Assembly (NCBI GenBank): GCA_051960855.1
Contig: JBQCDV010000038.1
Coordinates: 2,625-66,624, forward strand
Source: Actinomycetales bacterium
GTDB lineage: Bacteria; Actinomycetota; Actinomycetes; JAJZTN01
Length of the DNA: 64,000 bases
Reading direction: 5' to 3'
This document shows, piece after piece, positions 48,960 to 59,109 of this stretch; the first letter of the stretch is position 1; the number at the start of each line of letters is the position of its first letter. The notes beneath the pieces were generated by a model that did no database searches, was not told the DNA's origin, and saw nothing but the letters and a program-made list of their open reading frames with translations. The translations under genes and the position numbers were made by a program.

Positions 48960-50075
48960 GTGAGGGGGCATGCGGTGGAGGCTCGGGGGGCTCGTGCGCG
49001 GGAGGCGGTCATCCTCGTCGGCGGTCAGGGCAGTCGGCTGCGTCCTCTGACGCTGGGGACGGCCAAGCCACTGCTACCCGTCGCCGGGCTGCCGTTCGTC
49101 GTCCACCAGCTGGCCAAGCTGGCCGCCGCCGGGATCGAGCACGTCGTCATGGCGACGAGCTACCGCGCGAGCACCTTCGCGGAGTCGCTGGGGGACGGTG
49201 CGGCACTGGGGCTGCGGGTCGAGTACGTCACCGAGACCGAGCCGCTCGGCACCGGCGGCGCCATCCGCAACGTGGCCGACCGGCTGGAGGCGGCGCCCGA
49301 CGAGCCGGTGGTGGTGCTCAACGGCGACATCCTCAGCGGCCACGACCTGCCGGCGCAGCTCGACCGCCACCAGGCCAGCGACGCCGACGTCACGCTGCAC
49401 CTGACCGAGGCGGAGGACCCCCGTCAGTTCGGGGTGGTGCCCACCGACGGTGACGGACGGGTGCTCGCCTTCCACGAAAAGATGGCCGAGCCGGTGAGCA
49501 GCCAGATCAACGCCGGCTGCTACGTCTTCCGCCGCAAGCTCATCGACACCATTCCGGACGGCCGCCCGGTGTCGGTCGAGCGGGAGACCTTCCCGCAGCT
49601 GCTGGCTGACGGCTCCGTCGTGATCGGTCACCTCGACGCCTCCTACTGGATGGACCTCGGCAGCGCCGCGGCCTACGTGCAGGGCTGCCGCGATGTCGTC
49701 CTGGGCCGCATCGGCTCGCACGCGCTGCCCGTCGTCCCGGGGGAGAAGCTGCTGCTCGACGGTGCCGAGGTCGACCCCGCCGCCCTGGTGCGAGGTGGCA
49801 GCACGATCGGACGCGGCGCGCGCGTCGCGCCCGGTGCGGTCGTCGAGGGATCGGTGCTGCTCGACGGTGCCGTGGTCGAGCGGGAGGCCTTGGTGCGCGA
49901 CTCCGTGATCGGTTCGGAGGCCCGCGTCGGCGAGCGCACCGTCGTGCGGGACGCCGTGGTCGGCGACCGTTCCGACACGGGAGCCGACAACGAGCTCATC
50001 GCCGCCGTGCGCCTGTGGTCGGACCGCCGGCTGCCCGACGCGTCGCTGCGCTTCACCCCGCCGCCGGCGACGTGA
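48960..50075 (+). CDS. manC: Mannose-1-phosphate guanylyltransferase (GDP-mannose pyrophosphorylase)
   Basis: 'AVILVGGQGSRLRPLTLGTAKPLLPVAG' is an NTP_transferase N-terminus, with a C-terminal left-handed beta-helix. GTG start. An alternative GTG at 48975 sits after GAGGGGG. Confidence 0.8.
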   Translation: MRGHAVEARGARAREAVILVGGQGSRLRPLTLGTAKPLLPVAGLPFVVHQLAKLAAAGIEHVVMATSYRASTFAESLGDGAALGLRVEYVTETEPLGTGGAIRNVADRLEAAPDEPVVVLNGDILSGHDLPAQLDRHQASDADVTLHLTEAEDPRQFGVVPTDGDGRVLAFHEKMAEPVSSQINAGCYVFRRKLIDTIPDGRPVSVERETFPQLLADGSVVIGHLDASYWMDLGSAAAYVQGCRDVVLGRIGSHALPVVPGEKLLLDGAEVDPAALVRGGSTIGRGARVAPGAVVEGSVLLDGAVVEREALVRDSVIGSEARVGERTVVRDAVVGDRSDTGADNELIAAVRLWSDRRLPDASLRFTPPPAT

Positions 50076-51043
50076 CACCTGCGGATGCCCCCGTCATCGA
50101 CGTCTGGCACGCCGGTCGGCCCGTCCCGGTCGACGCGATGCTGTCGGTCTATCGGCGCGGAGGGTCCGACCCGACGATGCGACGCGAGCGGACGGGGGTG
50201 TGGTGGCTGACCCTTCGGACTCCTGACGGTGCCGCGACTCTGCGGCTCGCTCCCCTCCGCCCCGCCTCCGGCGGCGTCGGGGACGTGGCGATCGCCGGAT
50301 GGGGGGCGGGGGCCGAGTGGGCGGTGGCGGCTGCGCCGGACCTGCTCGGTCGGTCGGACGACACCGTGGGCGACTTCCACTGCACTCACCCCGTGCTCCG
50401 CGAGGTGCAGCGCCGGCGCCCCGGGCTGCGAGTGGGACGGTCCGGGTTGGTGCTCGGCGCGCTCGCCCCGGCGATCCTCGAGCAGAAGGTGACCGGCGTC
50501 GAGGCGTTCGGCGCCTTCGCCACACTCACGCGGCAGCACGGCGACCTCGCCCCGCTGCCGCCGGTCCTCGATGCCGACGCCGCCGCAGCCGGTGTCGCCG
50601 CGATGCGCGTGCCGCTGTCGCCGGAGCAGTGGGGTGCGATCCCCTCGTGGGACTGGCATCGAGCGGAGGTCGACGGGAAGCGGTCGGCGACGCTGCTGCG
50701 GGCCGTGGCCAGGGCCGGTGCGCTCGAGCGGCTGTCAGCCGCCGACCCCGCCACCGCCGACGCCGCTCTCCGCGCGCTGCCAGGGGTGGGGGCGTGGACG
50801 TCGTCGGAGGTCCGCTACCGGGCGCTGGGAGATCCGGATGCGGTCAGCGTGGGCGACTACCACCTGAGCAAGCGGGTCGGCTGGGCGCTGGTCGGCCGCC
50901 CCGTGGACGACGACGCGATGCTCGAGCTGCTCGAGCCGTGGCGAGGCCACCGCTACCGCGTCGTGCGCCTCGTCGAACTCAGCGGTCTGGCCCCGCCGCG
51001 CCGCGGCCCCCGGATGTCCGTCCACGGGCATCGGGACCGGTAG
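50072..51043 (+). CDS. DNA-3-methyladenine glycosylase II family (HhH-GPD, AlkA-like) protein
   Basis: HhH-GPD region '[33 protein letters not shown]'. GTG overlaps the manC stop (GTGA). The 3' end overlaps convergent cofE by about 65 bp. Confidence 0.55.
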   Translation: MTPADAPVIDVWHAGRPVPVDAMLSVYRRGGSDPTMRRERTGVWWLTLRTPDGAATLRLAPLRPASGGVGDVAIAGWGAGAEWAVAAAPDLLGRSDDTVGDFHCTHPVLREVQRRRPGLRVGRSGLVLGALAPAILEQKVTGVEAFGAFATLTRQHGDLAPLPPVLDADAAAAGVAAMRVPLSPEQWGAIPSWDWHRAEVDGKRSATLLRAVARAGALERLSAADPATADAALRALPGVGAWTSSEVRYRALGDPDAVSVGDYHLSKRVGWALVGRPVDDDAMLELLEPWRGHRYRVVRLVELSGLAPPRRGPRMSVHGHRDR

Positions 51044-51845
51044 AGGCATCGGGACCGGTAGAGGCATCGCGACCAGCAGAGACTCGGGGTGCTGCGGCTT
51101 GCTCGCGGCCCAGCGCGATCGCCTGCTCCGTGCCCAGCCAGAACTGGTCCTCGTCGAGTGGGCGCACCAGCGCCTGCGCGCCCGGTCCGTCCTCGTCGGT
51201 CACCAGGTGGGCCAGGCCGCGCACCACGGCGGCCGGCACACCGGTCAGCTTGCCCTTGACGAGGTCGGCGGCGGCAGCGATCTCGTCGGCGACCGCCGCG
51301 ACGGTGACCTGCAGGACGTTGCCGTGGCTGTCCCGCCGCCCTCGGGCGTCGTCGAGCACGCGCAAGCCGGCGGCTCCGATCGCCACATCGGTCTGACCCA
51401 GGCGCCACGGCCGGCCGAACGTGTCGGTGACGACGACGGCGAGGCGGCGGCCGCTGCGACGTTCGAGCTCGGCGCGCAGCGCGCGGGCGGAGGCGTCGGG
51501 GTCGCGGGGCAGCAGGACCAGAGTCCCGGAGGCGGTGTTGCTGGCGTCGACGCCGGCCGCTGCGGTGACGAGGCCGTGGTGGGTGGCCACGATCGACGTC
51601 GTGCCCCGCGGCGTCCTCCAGCTGCTGACGACGCGGGCGGTCTCGGCTGCGATGACGGCTTCGCGCTCCTCGTCGGTGGTCGCGGACACGAGGCGGCCCT
51701 CGGCCTTGCTAACGGCCTTGCTCGTGATGACGACGATGTCGCCATCGGCCAGGGCTGGCGCCGACTGGGCGAGGATGTCGGCGAGGTCGTCGCCGGGCTG
51801 GATCTCCGGCACCCCCTCGACCGGCAGGACCGAGAACGCCGGCAT
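50979..51845 (-). CDS. cofE: Coenzyme F420-0:L-glutamate ligase
   Basis: '[15 protein letters not shown] ... [13 protein letters not shown] ... [24 protein letters not shown]'. ATG overlaps the cofD stop. The C-terminal tail carries an 18-bp duplication (DASTGP x2). Confidence 0.8.
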   Translation of the reverse strand: MPAFSVLPVEGVPEIQPGDDLADILAQSAPALADGDIVVITSKAVSKAEGRLVSATTDEEREAVIAAETARVVSSWRTPRGTTSIVATHHGLVTAAAGVDASNTASGTLVLLPRDPDASARALRAELERRSGRRLAVVVTDTFGRPWRLGQTDVAIGAAGLRVLDDARGRRDSHGNVLQVTVAAVADEIAAAADLVKGKLTGVPAAVVRGLAHLVTDEDGPGAQALVRPLDEDQFWLGTEQAIALGREQAAAPRVSAGRDASTGPDASTGPDARGRTSGGRGAAGPDR

Positions 51846-52825
51846 CAGGAGAGCTCGTCGGCGAGTGCCAGGCACGCGGCCGCGATGTCGGCAGCGGCGG
51901 CGACGTCGGTCATGAGCAGTGGCCGCGCCCGCACGGGAATCTCGGGCAAATCCCGCCCTGCCGCCGGTGTCAGCAGCGTCCCTGCATCAACGTCGTCGAC
52001 CAGCCAGCCGTCGAGGAAGTCGCTGTAGAGCTCGCCGACGTCCTGAGCGGTCGGCTTCACGCCGATCGCGCGCAGGCAGGCGTCAGCCATCCCGCGCACG
52101 GGGGCGCCACCGAGGATGGGGGAGACGCCCACGACCGGCGCCTCGGTGGCGACGAGGGCGGCGCGCAGGCCCGGCACGGCCAGGATCGTGCCGATGCTGA
52201 CGACCGGGTTGGACGGAGGCAGCACGACGACGTCGGCCTCCGCGAGGGCCGTGAGGACCCCCGGGGCGGGCTCGCTCTCCTGCGCCCCGACCGCCACGAT
52301 GGACTGCGCCTCGGGCTCGGCGTGCCAGCGCACCCACCACTCCTGGAAGTGCACGGCCTGCCGCTCGCCCGTCTCGGGAGACACGATCACGACGTGGGTC
52401 TCGATCCGGGCGTCGCTCATCGGCAGCAGCGTCACGCCGGCTCCGGGCAGTCCCCAGCGCTGGGACAGCAGTCGTGTCACCTCGGTCAGCGACAGTCCCT
52501 GCCCGAGCAGTTGAGTGCGGTAGATGTGTGTCGCGAGGTCTCGGTCGCCGAGTCCGAACCACTGGGGGAGGGCGCCGTAGGCCGCTAGCTCGTCCTTGAC
52601 CCGCCACGACTCGTCGATCCGGCCCCAGCCGCGCTCGTCATCGATGCCACCGCCGAGGGTGTACATCACCGTGTCGAGGTCGGGGCAGACGCGCAGCCCG
52701 AACAGCGTGATGTCGTCGCCGGTGTTGCCGATGACGGTGAGGCGGGAGTCCGGGGGGAGCGCCTGGAGCAGCCCGCGCAGGAATCTCGCGCCCCCGACGC
52801 CTCCAGACAGTGCGACGACATGCAT
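51845..52825 (-). CDS. cofD: 2-phospho-L-lactate transferase
   Basis: '[19 protein letters not shown] ... VIGNTGDD' is the CofD/FbiA signature. Confidence 0.85.
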   Translation of the reverse strand: MHVVALSGGVGGARFLRGLLQALPPDSRLTVIGNTGDDITLFGLRVCPDLDTVMYTLGGGIDDERGWGRIDESWRVKDELAAYGALPQWFGLGDRDLATHIYRTQLLGQGLSLTEVTRLLSQRWGLPGAGVTLLPMSDARIETHVVIVSPETGERQAVHFQEWWVRWHAEPEAQSIVAVGAQESEPAPGVLTALAEADVVVLPPSNPVVSIGTILAVPGLRAALVATEAPVVGVSPILGGAPVRGMADACLRAIGVKPTAQDVGELYSDFLDGWLVDDVDAGTLLTPAAGRDLPEIPVRARPLLMTDVAAAADIAAACLALADELS

Positions 52826-52894
52826 GTCGCCAGTCTCCCATCCGCCCCTGACAGACCGGTCGGGAGATTTCTGGTGCTGATATCACCAAGCGGC

Positions 52895-52925
52895 TTGACG
52901 CCCACGGAGCGACGCGCGTGTAATT
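52895..52925 (+). promoter_or_regulatory. Candidate sigma-70 (HrdB-like) promoter for whiB: TTGACG-N18-TGTAAT
   Basis: Read from the sequence about 90 bp upstream of the whiB ATG. A GGAGG RBS lies 8 nt before the start. Not tested. Confidence 0.35.
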
Positions 52926-53013
52926 CCACCCGTGGGATTCGCGGTGCCGGCGGGCGCCGCCCCGCTGTCGCCGGGCAGTTGCCTGGTGACCCGCCTGGGT
53001 CGAGGAGGCAAGG

Positions 53014-53280
53014 ATGGGCGAGGTCTTGGCTTTCGTCGAGATCGCCGACGAGGAGCTCACGGAGCTCTCCTGGCAGGAGCGAGCACTGTGCGCCCAGACC
53101 GATCCAGAGGCCTTCTTTCCGGAGAAGGGCGGCTCGACCCGCGAGGCCAAGCGGGTCTGCCTCAGCTGCGACGTGCGCTCGGAGTGCCTCGAGTACGCCC
53201 TCGCTCATGACGAGCGGTTCGGCATCTGGGGCGGCCTCAGCGAGCGTGAGCGGCGCCGCCTGAAGAAGAGCGCGATCTGA
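53014..53280 (+). CDS. whiB: WhiB-family (Wbl) Fe-S transcriptional regulator, WhiB/WhiB2 orthologue type
   Basis: 'WQERALCAQTDPEAFFPEKGGSTREAKRVCLSCDVRSECLEYALAHDERFGIWGGLSERERRRLKK' has four Cys and the C-terminal GIWGG turn. It is almost identical to the Streptomyces WhiB core. Confidence 0.9.
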   Translation: MGEVLAFVEIADEELTELSWQERALCAQTDPEAFFPEKGGSTREAKRVCLSCDVRSECLEYALAHDERFGIWGGLSERERRRLKKSAI

Positions 53281-53371
53281 CCTTGCCGCGGGGCGGCACG
53301 ACGTAGCCTGAGCAGGGCTGCCGCCGAACGGATGCGGTGGGGATCGGACGAGACGAGGGGCGGCACGGGCT

Positions 53372-56300
53372 GTGGACGACACGGCGGCCGCCGGCGCCCC
53401 CCCGCTGAACGTCCCGCACGTGACCGCAGTGCTCGTCTGTCACGACGGCGCCCGGTGGCTTCCGAGAGTCCTCGCCGCGCTGGCGGTCCAGACCCGCCCC
53501 GTCGACGAGCTCGTGGTGGTCGACACCGGCAGCCGCGATGGCACCTCCGAGCTGCTCGCTGCGAGCCTGCCGCCGGGGGCCAGGCTTCTGCAGCGGCCAC
53601 GGCGGACGTCGTTCGGGAGCGCCGTTGCGGCCGCGGTCGCCACCCTCGGCGAGTCCGCCGTCGCCGACGGCCCCACCCCCTCCGCTGGCGCGACCGACGC
53701 GTGGCTGTGGATCCTGCACGACGACAGCGCGCCTGCCTCCGACGCACTGGCCGCGCTGCTCGCGCACGCCGAGGACCACCCGCTCGCCGATGTTCTGGGC
53801 TGCAAGGTCCGCGGATGGCACGACCGGCGCGCGTTGCTGGAGGTCGGCTTCACCACCTCGCGCTCCGGGCGACGTGACACGGGGCTCGAACCGCTCGAGC
53901 AGGACCAGGGCCAACACGACGCAGCGCGCGAGGTCCTGGCGGTCGGCACGGCCGGAATGCTGGTGCGGCTGCCGGTCTGGCGCGCCCTCGGCGGGCTCGA
54001 CCCGCGGATGCCCCTGTACCGCGACGACCTCGACCTCTGCTGGCAGGTGTGGCGATCCGGAGGCGAGGTGCACGTCGTCACCGGCGCCGTGGTCGCCCAC
54101 GCCGAGGCCGCCACCCTCGGTCGGCGGGTGGTGTCGGTCCGCGGCCGACGCCCGCACTACCTGGACCGGCGGCACGCCGCGCTCACCCTGCTGCGGCACC
54201 GCTCCCTGGCTCTGCTGCCACTGCTGATGCTGCGCGTGGTCCTCGGTGGGCTCGTGCGCACCGGTGGCTTCCTCCTCGGGAAGGCGCCCGGCTTCGCCAT
54301 CGACGAGGCGCGTGCGCTGGTGGCTCTGGTGCTGCGCCCCGACCAGCTGCTGGTCGGCCGGTGGCGCCGGCGACGGCGGGTGGCGGCGCTGCGACGTTCG
54401 CGCTCAGCGGTGACGGCCCGCCCGACGCCGCCGCTGACACCCCCGCGGGTGGCCGCCCGGCACGCCTGGGAGTCGCTGCTCGCGATCGGTAGCGGCGCCG
54501 CCTCCGCGCTCGCGGTCGGCACTCGCGCCCGTCGCACCGCTCGCTATGGAACAGGCGCCGACGAGACCGGCGCTGTGGAGACCGGGCCCGTCGCGGAGGA
54601 CGCACAGGACCTCGCGGCAGCCTCGAGCACCGTCCTCGGGCTGCTGCGCCGCCCGGTGGTCCTGCTCCTGCTCGGGCTCCTCGTGACGGTCCTCGTCGCC
54701 GACCGCGGGCTCTACGGCAGCGGGCGGCTCGTCGCCTCCGGCATGCTGCCCGCCCCGAACGGCGCCGCGGACTGGTGGCACCTCGTGCGGTGGCCCTGGC
54801 ACGACAGTGGAGGCGGGAGCGCCGAGCCCGGGCCGCTGTGGGCGCTCGTGCTGGCCGCGCTGTCGGTCCTCACCCTCGGCTCTGCCCCGCTCGCGGTCGA
54901 CCTGCTCGTACTCGGCGCGGTGCCGCTCGCGGCGCTGTCCGCGGCGCTGTCCCTGCGAGGGCTGGTCCGGACGACGCCACTACGGGTGGCCGCCGCCCTC
55001 GTCTGGGCTGCCCAGCCGCTCGTCCTCGTCGCGGTCGCGCGCGGCACGCTGCCGGTCCTTGTGGCCGCTGTCGTCCTGCCGCCCGCCGCTGCCGCGTTGG
55101 TGCGGGTTCTCGGCAGCCGCGACCGCGTCGGGACGGCGCGAGCCGGAGCGGCGGGAGCCCTGGCCGTCGCGGTGCTCGGCGCGTTCGTGCCTGCGGTCGC
55201 CGCCCTCGTGTGCTCGGTGGCGCTGCTCGCAGCACTGGGCGTGCTGGCCGTGCGCGGCCTCCGACGTTTGACGAGGGCAGGGAGCCGACGGGGCGCTCAA
55301 GCGAGGCGGGTGAGCGTCGGAGGACTACTCGTCCTGGCGCTGCTGCCGCCCGTGATGCTGCTGCCCGACGTCGCCCGCGTGAGCGGCCGCAGCTCGAAGG
55401 GCGCCACGTCCTGGCTGGACTCCTCCGGCGTCGCCCACTGGCTGCTGGGCGAGGCCGGGACCCCTGTCGCCGCCTGGCCGGGCACCCCCACCCCGTGGCA
55501 CGTGCTGCTCGGAGTGCCGGAGGCTGCCCCGGTGCTGGGCGACCTCGCCGGTGCTGCCACCGCTGCCCTCGCCCTCCTCGCAGTGCTCGCCCTGCTGCGC
55601 CGCGACCGTCGCGGCGCGGCGGCCCGCGCGTGGCTCGCCAGCCTGGTCGCCCTGGCAGCCGTGGTCGCTCTCGCGTTCATCCGCGAGGCGCGGACCGACC
55701 TCTGGGGCGGAACGGCGGGGCCGGGCCGTGGCCTCGTCGGTGTCCTCGGGCTCTGCGTGGTCGCCGCCCTCATCGTCGCGGTCCTGTCGGCCGCTACCGG
55801 GCTCGGGGAGGTGCTGGCGAGGCATCGCTTCGGCTGGCGGCAGCCGGTCGTGGCGGTGGTCGCGACCGCGGCGGTGGCCGTGCCGGCCGTGGCGCTGGGC
55901 GCGGTCGCGTTTCTCGGTGCTGGCCACGCCGGCGACCTGCAGCGGCGCACACCGCTCGCCCTGCCGGCGTACGTCGCCGCAGCAGCCCAGACGGGTGAGG
56001 CGCCCCGCAGCCTGCTGCTCGCCGACGACGCCCGGAGTGGCTCCGGCGTCGTTCACACGGCTCTCGTCGGGCGCACGCCGCCTCGGCTCGGCGATGAGCG
56101 CTTCCCCGCCGCCCCGACCGCCCTCGTCTCGCTGGTGGGAGACCTCGCTGCGGGGCGAGTCCCGGACGCGGGAACGGCACTCGCGCCGTGGGCGATCCGG
56201 TTCGTCGTGGCGACGCCGCCGGTGTCCGCGCGGCTGGCCGCCGCGCTCGACACCACCCCTGGCCTCGCCCGCGTTGGAGGGCAGCACGGGACCCAGGTGT

Positions 56301-56854
56301 GGGAGGTCGACGGCCCTACCCCGCGCGCTGTGCTCCTAGCGGGCAACGTGGCGAACGGCGCTCCTGGCACGCAGCCCGTCGGTGTCGTTGGGGAGGGGGA
56401 CGTGGCGACTCAGGTCCTTCCGGTCGCCGCGGTCCCAGGACAGCCACTCGACCGTCAGGTCGCGGCGGCTGGGTCGCCCCGTCTGCTGCGTCTGTCGGAG
56501 GCGCCGGACGAGGGGTGGCAGGCGACCCTCGACGGCCGTCCCCTCACCCGTGTCGACGCGGCCGACGCGCTCGTCTTCAAGCTGCCCGCAGGCGCCGGTG
56601 GCCGGTTAAGGGTGTGGCACGACGACGACGCCTTCGGGCTGCTCGTGGCGGCGCTCGCCGCGTTCGCGCTGACCGTGGTCCTGGCCCTTCCCGGGATGCG
56701 GCGCGAGCAGCGGGATCTCGAGCCCGCCCCCGACGGCGAGCGGGCCGGCGAGAACGAGCCGGTGCCGACGCAGGTCCCTGTCCCCAGCTCCGTCGCCGCT
56801 GTGCCTGCGCCCGGGCAGCGGGCCGCGCGGGAAGAGCCGGAGCTCCGGCGATGA
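53372..56854 (+). CDS. Large glycosyltransferase family 2 protein with a ~750-aa polytopic membrane C-terminal domain
   Basis: N-terminal 'VTAVLVCHDGARWLPRVLAALAVQTRPVDELVVVDTGSRDGT ... WLWILHDDSAP' is GT2. Then come at least 15 predicted TM helices and a C-terminal soluble region. Confidence 0.7.
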   Translation: MDDTAAAGAPPLNVPHVTAVLVCHDGARWLPRVLAALAVQTRPVDELVVVDTGSRDGTSELLAASLPPGARLLQRPRRTSFGSAVAAAVATLGESAVADGPTPSAGATDAWLWILHDDSAPASDALAALLAHAEDHPLADVLGCKVRGWHDRRALLEVGFTTSRSGRRDTGLEPLEQDQGQHDAAREVLAVGTAGMLVRLPVWRALGGLDPRMPLYRDDLDLCWQVWRSGGEVHVVTGAVVAHAEAATLGRRVVSVRGRRPHYLDRRHAALTLLRHRSLALLPLLMLRVVLGGLVRTGGFLLGKAPGFAIDEARALVALVLRPDQLLVGRWRRRRRVAALRRSRSAVTARPTPPLTPPRVAARHAWESLLAIGSGAASALAVGTRARRTARYGTGADETGAVETGPVAEDAQDLAAASSTVLGLLRRPVVLLLLGLLVTVLVADRGLYGSGRLVASGMLPAPNGAADWWHLVRWPWHDSGGGSAEPGPLWALVLAALSVLTLGSAPLAVDLLVLGAVPLAALSAALSLRGLVRTTPLRVAAALVWAAQPLVLVAVARGTLPVLVAAVVLPPAAAALVRVLGSRDRVGTARAGAAGALAVAVLGAFVPAVAALVCSVALLAALGVLAVRGLRRLTRAGSRRGAQARRVSVGGLLVLALLPPVMLLPDVARVSGRSSKGATSWLDSSGVAHWLLGEAGTPVAAWPGTPTPWHVLLGVPEAAPVLGDLAGAATAALALLAVLALLRRDRRGAAARAWLASLVALAAVVALAFIREARTDLWGGTAGPGRGLVGVLGLCVVAALIVAVLSAATGLGEVLARHRFGWRQPVVAVVATAAVAVPAVALGAVAFLGAGHAGDLQRRTPLALPAYVAAAAQTGEAPRSLLLADDARSGSGVVHTALVGRTPPRLGDERFPAAPTALVSLVGDLAAGRVPDAGTALAPWAIRFVVATPPVSARLAAALDTTPGLARVGGQHGTQVWEVDGPTPRAVLLAGNVANGAPGTQPVGVVGEGDVATQVLPVAAVPGQPLDRQVAAAGSPRLLRLSEAPDEGWQATLDGRPLTRVDAADALVFKLPAGAGGRLRVWHDDDAFGLLVAALAAFALTVVLALPGMRREQRDLEPAPDGERAGENEPVPTQVPVPSSVAAVPAPGQRAAREEPELRR

Positions 56855-58398
56855 GCCGGGCCGACGCTCGTCGCAGCCTCGCGGCCGCGCTGCTGGTCGC
56901 GCTCGTGGCCGCGGCGGTCGTCGTCGCCGCCCTCGTGGGACTTCCCACGGTGCAAGCGGGCCAGGCCACGCGCCCCGCCGCGGCCGCGCCGACTGCCGCC
57001 CCAGCCGTCCGCCCCGTTGTTCGGAACGTCCTGGCCTGTCCCCAGGTGCCAGCGCCGGTGGCGGCGGTGCCGGAGTCGTCAGCGCGGGAGTCGAGGAGCG
57101 GCGGTTCGCCCGTCCCCGCGGAGGTGCTGGCCCTGGCAGCGCCGGTGCACTCCCCGGCTGCCGGCACGGACGTGACGCCGGACCTCGGAGTGCTCGAGCT
57201 GCAGGCCGCGGGGGACGGCGGGGTGAGGACGTTCGCGAGCGTGCGGGCGCCCGCCCGGCTGACCGCCGCTCAGCTGCCCGACGCCGTCGTCCTCACCGAT
57301 GCCCGAGACGAGCTCGCCGCGGGGGCGGCCGCGTCGGTGGTGACGGGCAGTGGCAGCTCACGTGACGTGCTGGCGTGCCAGCCGGCCACCGCGGAGGCGG
57401 CGTTCGTCGGTGTCGCCACGACGGTCGGCGAACGCCCCGTCCTGCTGCTCACCAACCCCAGCGACGGCGCCGCCGTCGCCCAGGTGCAGCTGTTCTCGCC
57501 GACAGGGCCCGTGGCGATGGCCGGCGGAGGCGTTGTCGCCGTCGCGCCCGGGGCCACCAAGCAGCTCGCGCTCGACGCCGCCGCTGCCGACGTGACCGAC
57601 CTCGGGGTCCGGGTGGTCGCACGGCAGGGACGGGTTGCGGCCGCACTGCGGGTCACCCGTAGCTCTGGCCTGACCGACCTGCCGCCGGTCTGGCTGTCCG
57701 GTGCGCCGGTGAGCCGGACCCACCTCGTCCAGCTGCCGACCCTGCCCTCAGAGGCGAACGCCGTCGTCACCCTGCTCGCGCCCGGGACGACCGATGCGGT
57801 CGCGGCCCTGTCGGTCACCGCCGCCGACGGCACCACGACAGCCTTGCCGCCGGTGACGGTCGCCGCCGGCACCACACACGACGTGCGCCTGTCGGCGCCA
57901 TCGGGCCCCGCGGTGCTGCGCGTGCGCGCGGACGTGCCGCTCGTGGCTGCGGTCCGCGTCACGTCACCGGCACCAGGCGAGGGCTCGAACGTCGCTGTCC
58001 TCGCTCCCGCGGCGACCTCGCGCGCCGCCCTCGTGGGTGCGGCCGGTTGTCTGCGCGGGCAGACCTGCCGGCTGGTCGTCTCTGCTGACACGGGGGCTGC
58101 CCGAGTCCGTGTCGGCCTCGTCACCCGCGACGGCGTCGCCTCCCAGCAGACACTGCAGCTGGCGGCCGGGGCGACCGAGGAGGTGGGACTGCAGCTGCCG
58201 GAGGGGACCGACGCCGCGGGCGTGATCCTGACCTCGCTGGACGGTGCTCCCGTCGCTGCGTCGGCAGCGCTGCTCACGGACGGCGTGCTGCGCGCGGTGC
58301 CGCTGCGAGCTGTGGTGCCGGCGATTCCCGTGCCCGTGGTGACAGCCGACGTGCGGACGGGCCAGGAGGTCGGCGCGGCCGCCGGCCGTTCTCGCTGA
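56851..58398 (+). CDS. Membrane-anchored secreted protein of unknown function (possibly DUF5719-like)
   Basis: ATG overlaps the upstream stop (ATGA). An N-terminal TM anchor is followed by an Ala/Val/Thr-rich extracytoplasmic domain. The 56188 ORF start is an overlap artefact. Confidence 0.4.
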   Translation: MSRADARRSLAAALLVALVAAAVVVAALVGLPTVQAGQATRPAAAAPTAAPAVRPVVRNVLACPQVPAPVAAVPESSARESRSGGSPVPAEVLALAAPVHSPAAGTDVTPDLGVLELQAAGDGGVRTFASVRAPARLTAAQLPDAVVLTDARDELAAGAAASVVTGSGSSRDVLACQPATAEAAFVGVATTVGERPVLLLTNPSDGAAVAQVQLFSPTGPVAMAGGGVVAVAPGATKQLALDAAAADVTDLGVRVVARQGRVAAALRVTRSSGLTDLPPVWLSGAPVSRTHLVQLPTLPSEANAVVTLLAPGTTDAVAALSVTAADGTTTALPPVTVAAGTTHDVRLSAPSGPAVLRVRADVPLVAAVRVTSPAPGEGSNVAVLAPAATSRAALVGAAGCLRGQTCRLVVSADTGAARVRVGLVTRDGVASQQTLQLAAGATEEVGLQLPEGTDAAGVILTSLDGAPVAASAALLTDGVLRAVPLRAVVPAIPVPVVTADVRTGQEVGAAAGRSR

Positions 58399-58426
58399 CA
58401 GGCTCAGTCGTCGCTCGCTGACAGGC

Positions 58427-58948
58427 TCAGTCGTCGCCGGGGTAGTCGGGGTCGACTTCGTCAGGAGGAAGTCCGAGCAGGTCGGCCACCTGGTCGACGA
58501 CGACGAGGCGGACGAGGTCGGCCAGATCCTCGCGGTCGCGGGCGCGCGACTCGAGCGGTCGGCGGAAGACCACGATGCGGGCAGGGTGAGCCGGCGAAGC
58601 GGGCAGCGTGATCGCCCAGGGGACGGGCTCGTCGGAGCCGGGTGCCCGCCCCGCGGCCCGCAGCAGCTCTCCGTCGGGGTCGGGGACGTCCTCGACGGCC
58701 ACGTCGACGCCGGACAGTTGCTCGCTCCAGCGTCGTTCGAGCTCCTCGAGGACGTCGAGGACGAGGTCGTCGAAGCGCTCCGACGGCGAGTGGGACAGCG
58801 GCACGGCGGGGGGAGCCAGGGGGCCGCGCAGGCCTCGGCCATGTCGGTCGCGGCGGCGGGAGGAGGCCCGGCGGTCCTGCCGCGGGAGCGCGCTGTTGTC
58901 GTGGCGCGGGAGCGCGCTGGTGTCGTCGGAGCCGGCGGAGTCCGTCAC
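58427..58948 (-). CDS. Conserved hypothetical protein (putative metallopeptidase-like family common near whiB in actinobacteria)
   Basis: About 170 aa, acidic, 'FDDLVLDVLEELERRW ... ARIVVFRRPLE'. No firm motif. Family recalled, not verified. Confidence 0.35.
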   Translation of the reverse strand: MTDSAGSDDTSALPRHDNSALPRQDRRASSRRRDRHGRGLRGPLAPPAVPLSHSPSERFDDLVLDVLEELERRWSEQLSGVDVAVEDVPDPDGELLRAAGRAPGSDEPVPWAITLPASPAHPARIVVFRRPLESRARDREDLADLVRLVVVDQVADLLGLPPDEVDPDYPGDD

Positions 58949-58983
58949 GGCTTCACGCTAGGGGACGGCGCCCGACGGCGAGC

Positions 58984-59023
58984 GAGGGCGGCCGAGGGCG
59001 GCCGAGGGCGGCCGAGGGCGATC
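58984..59023. repeat. 10-bp tandem repeat GAGGGCGGCC x4
   Basis: Direct reading. Lies in the divergent spacer between the 58948 and 59110 gene starts. Confidence 0.6.
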
Positions 59024-59109
59024 GTGACTGCGCGACTCGCCAGGGGTGTGGAGCCGACGTCATCGCGCCAATCCACGGCTTGGCTATCTCCGCCAGGTAC
59101 GGTCACCTC

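Noticed and set aside
52875-52884. The TGATATCA palindrome upstream of whiB as an operator.
   Set aside because: It is a single 8-bp palindrome with no partner half-sites. It could be coincidental despite being AT-rich in a GC-rich context.
56188-56850. The long 736-aa version of the post-GT2 ORF starting at 56188.
   Set aside because: Its first 220 aa are Arg-rich nonsense that overlaps the 3' end of the 1160-aa gene in another frame. The ATG at 56851, in an ATGA overlap and followed by a TM anchor, is the credible start.
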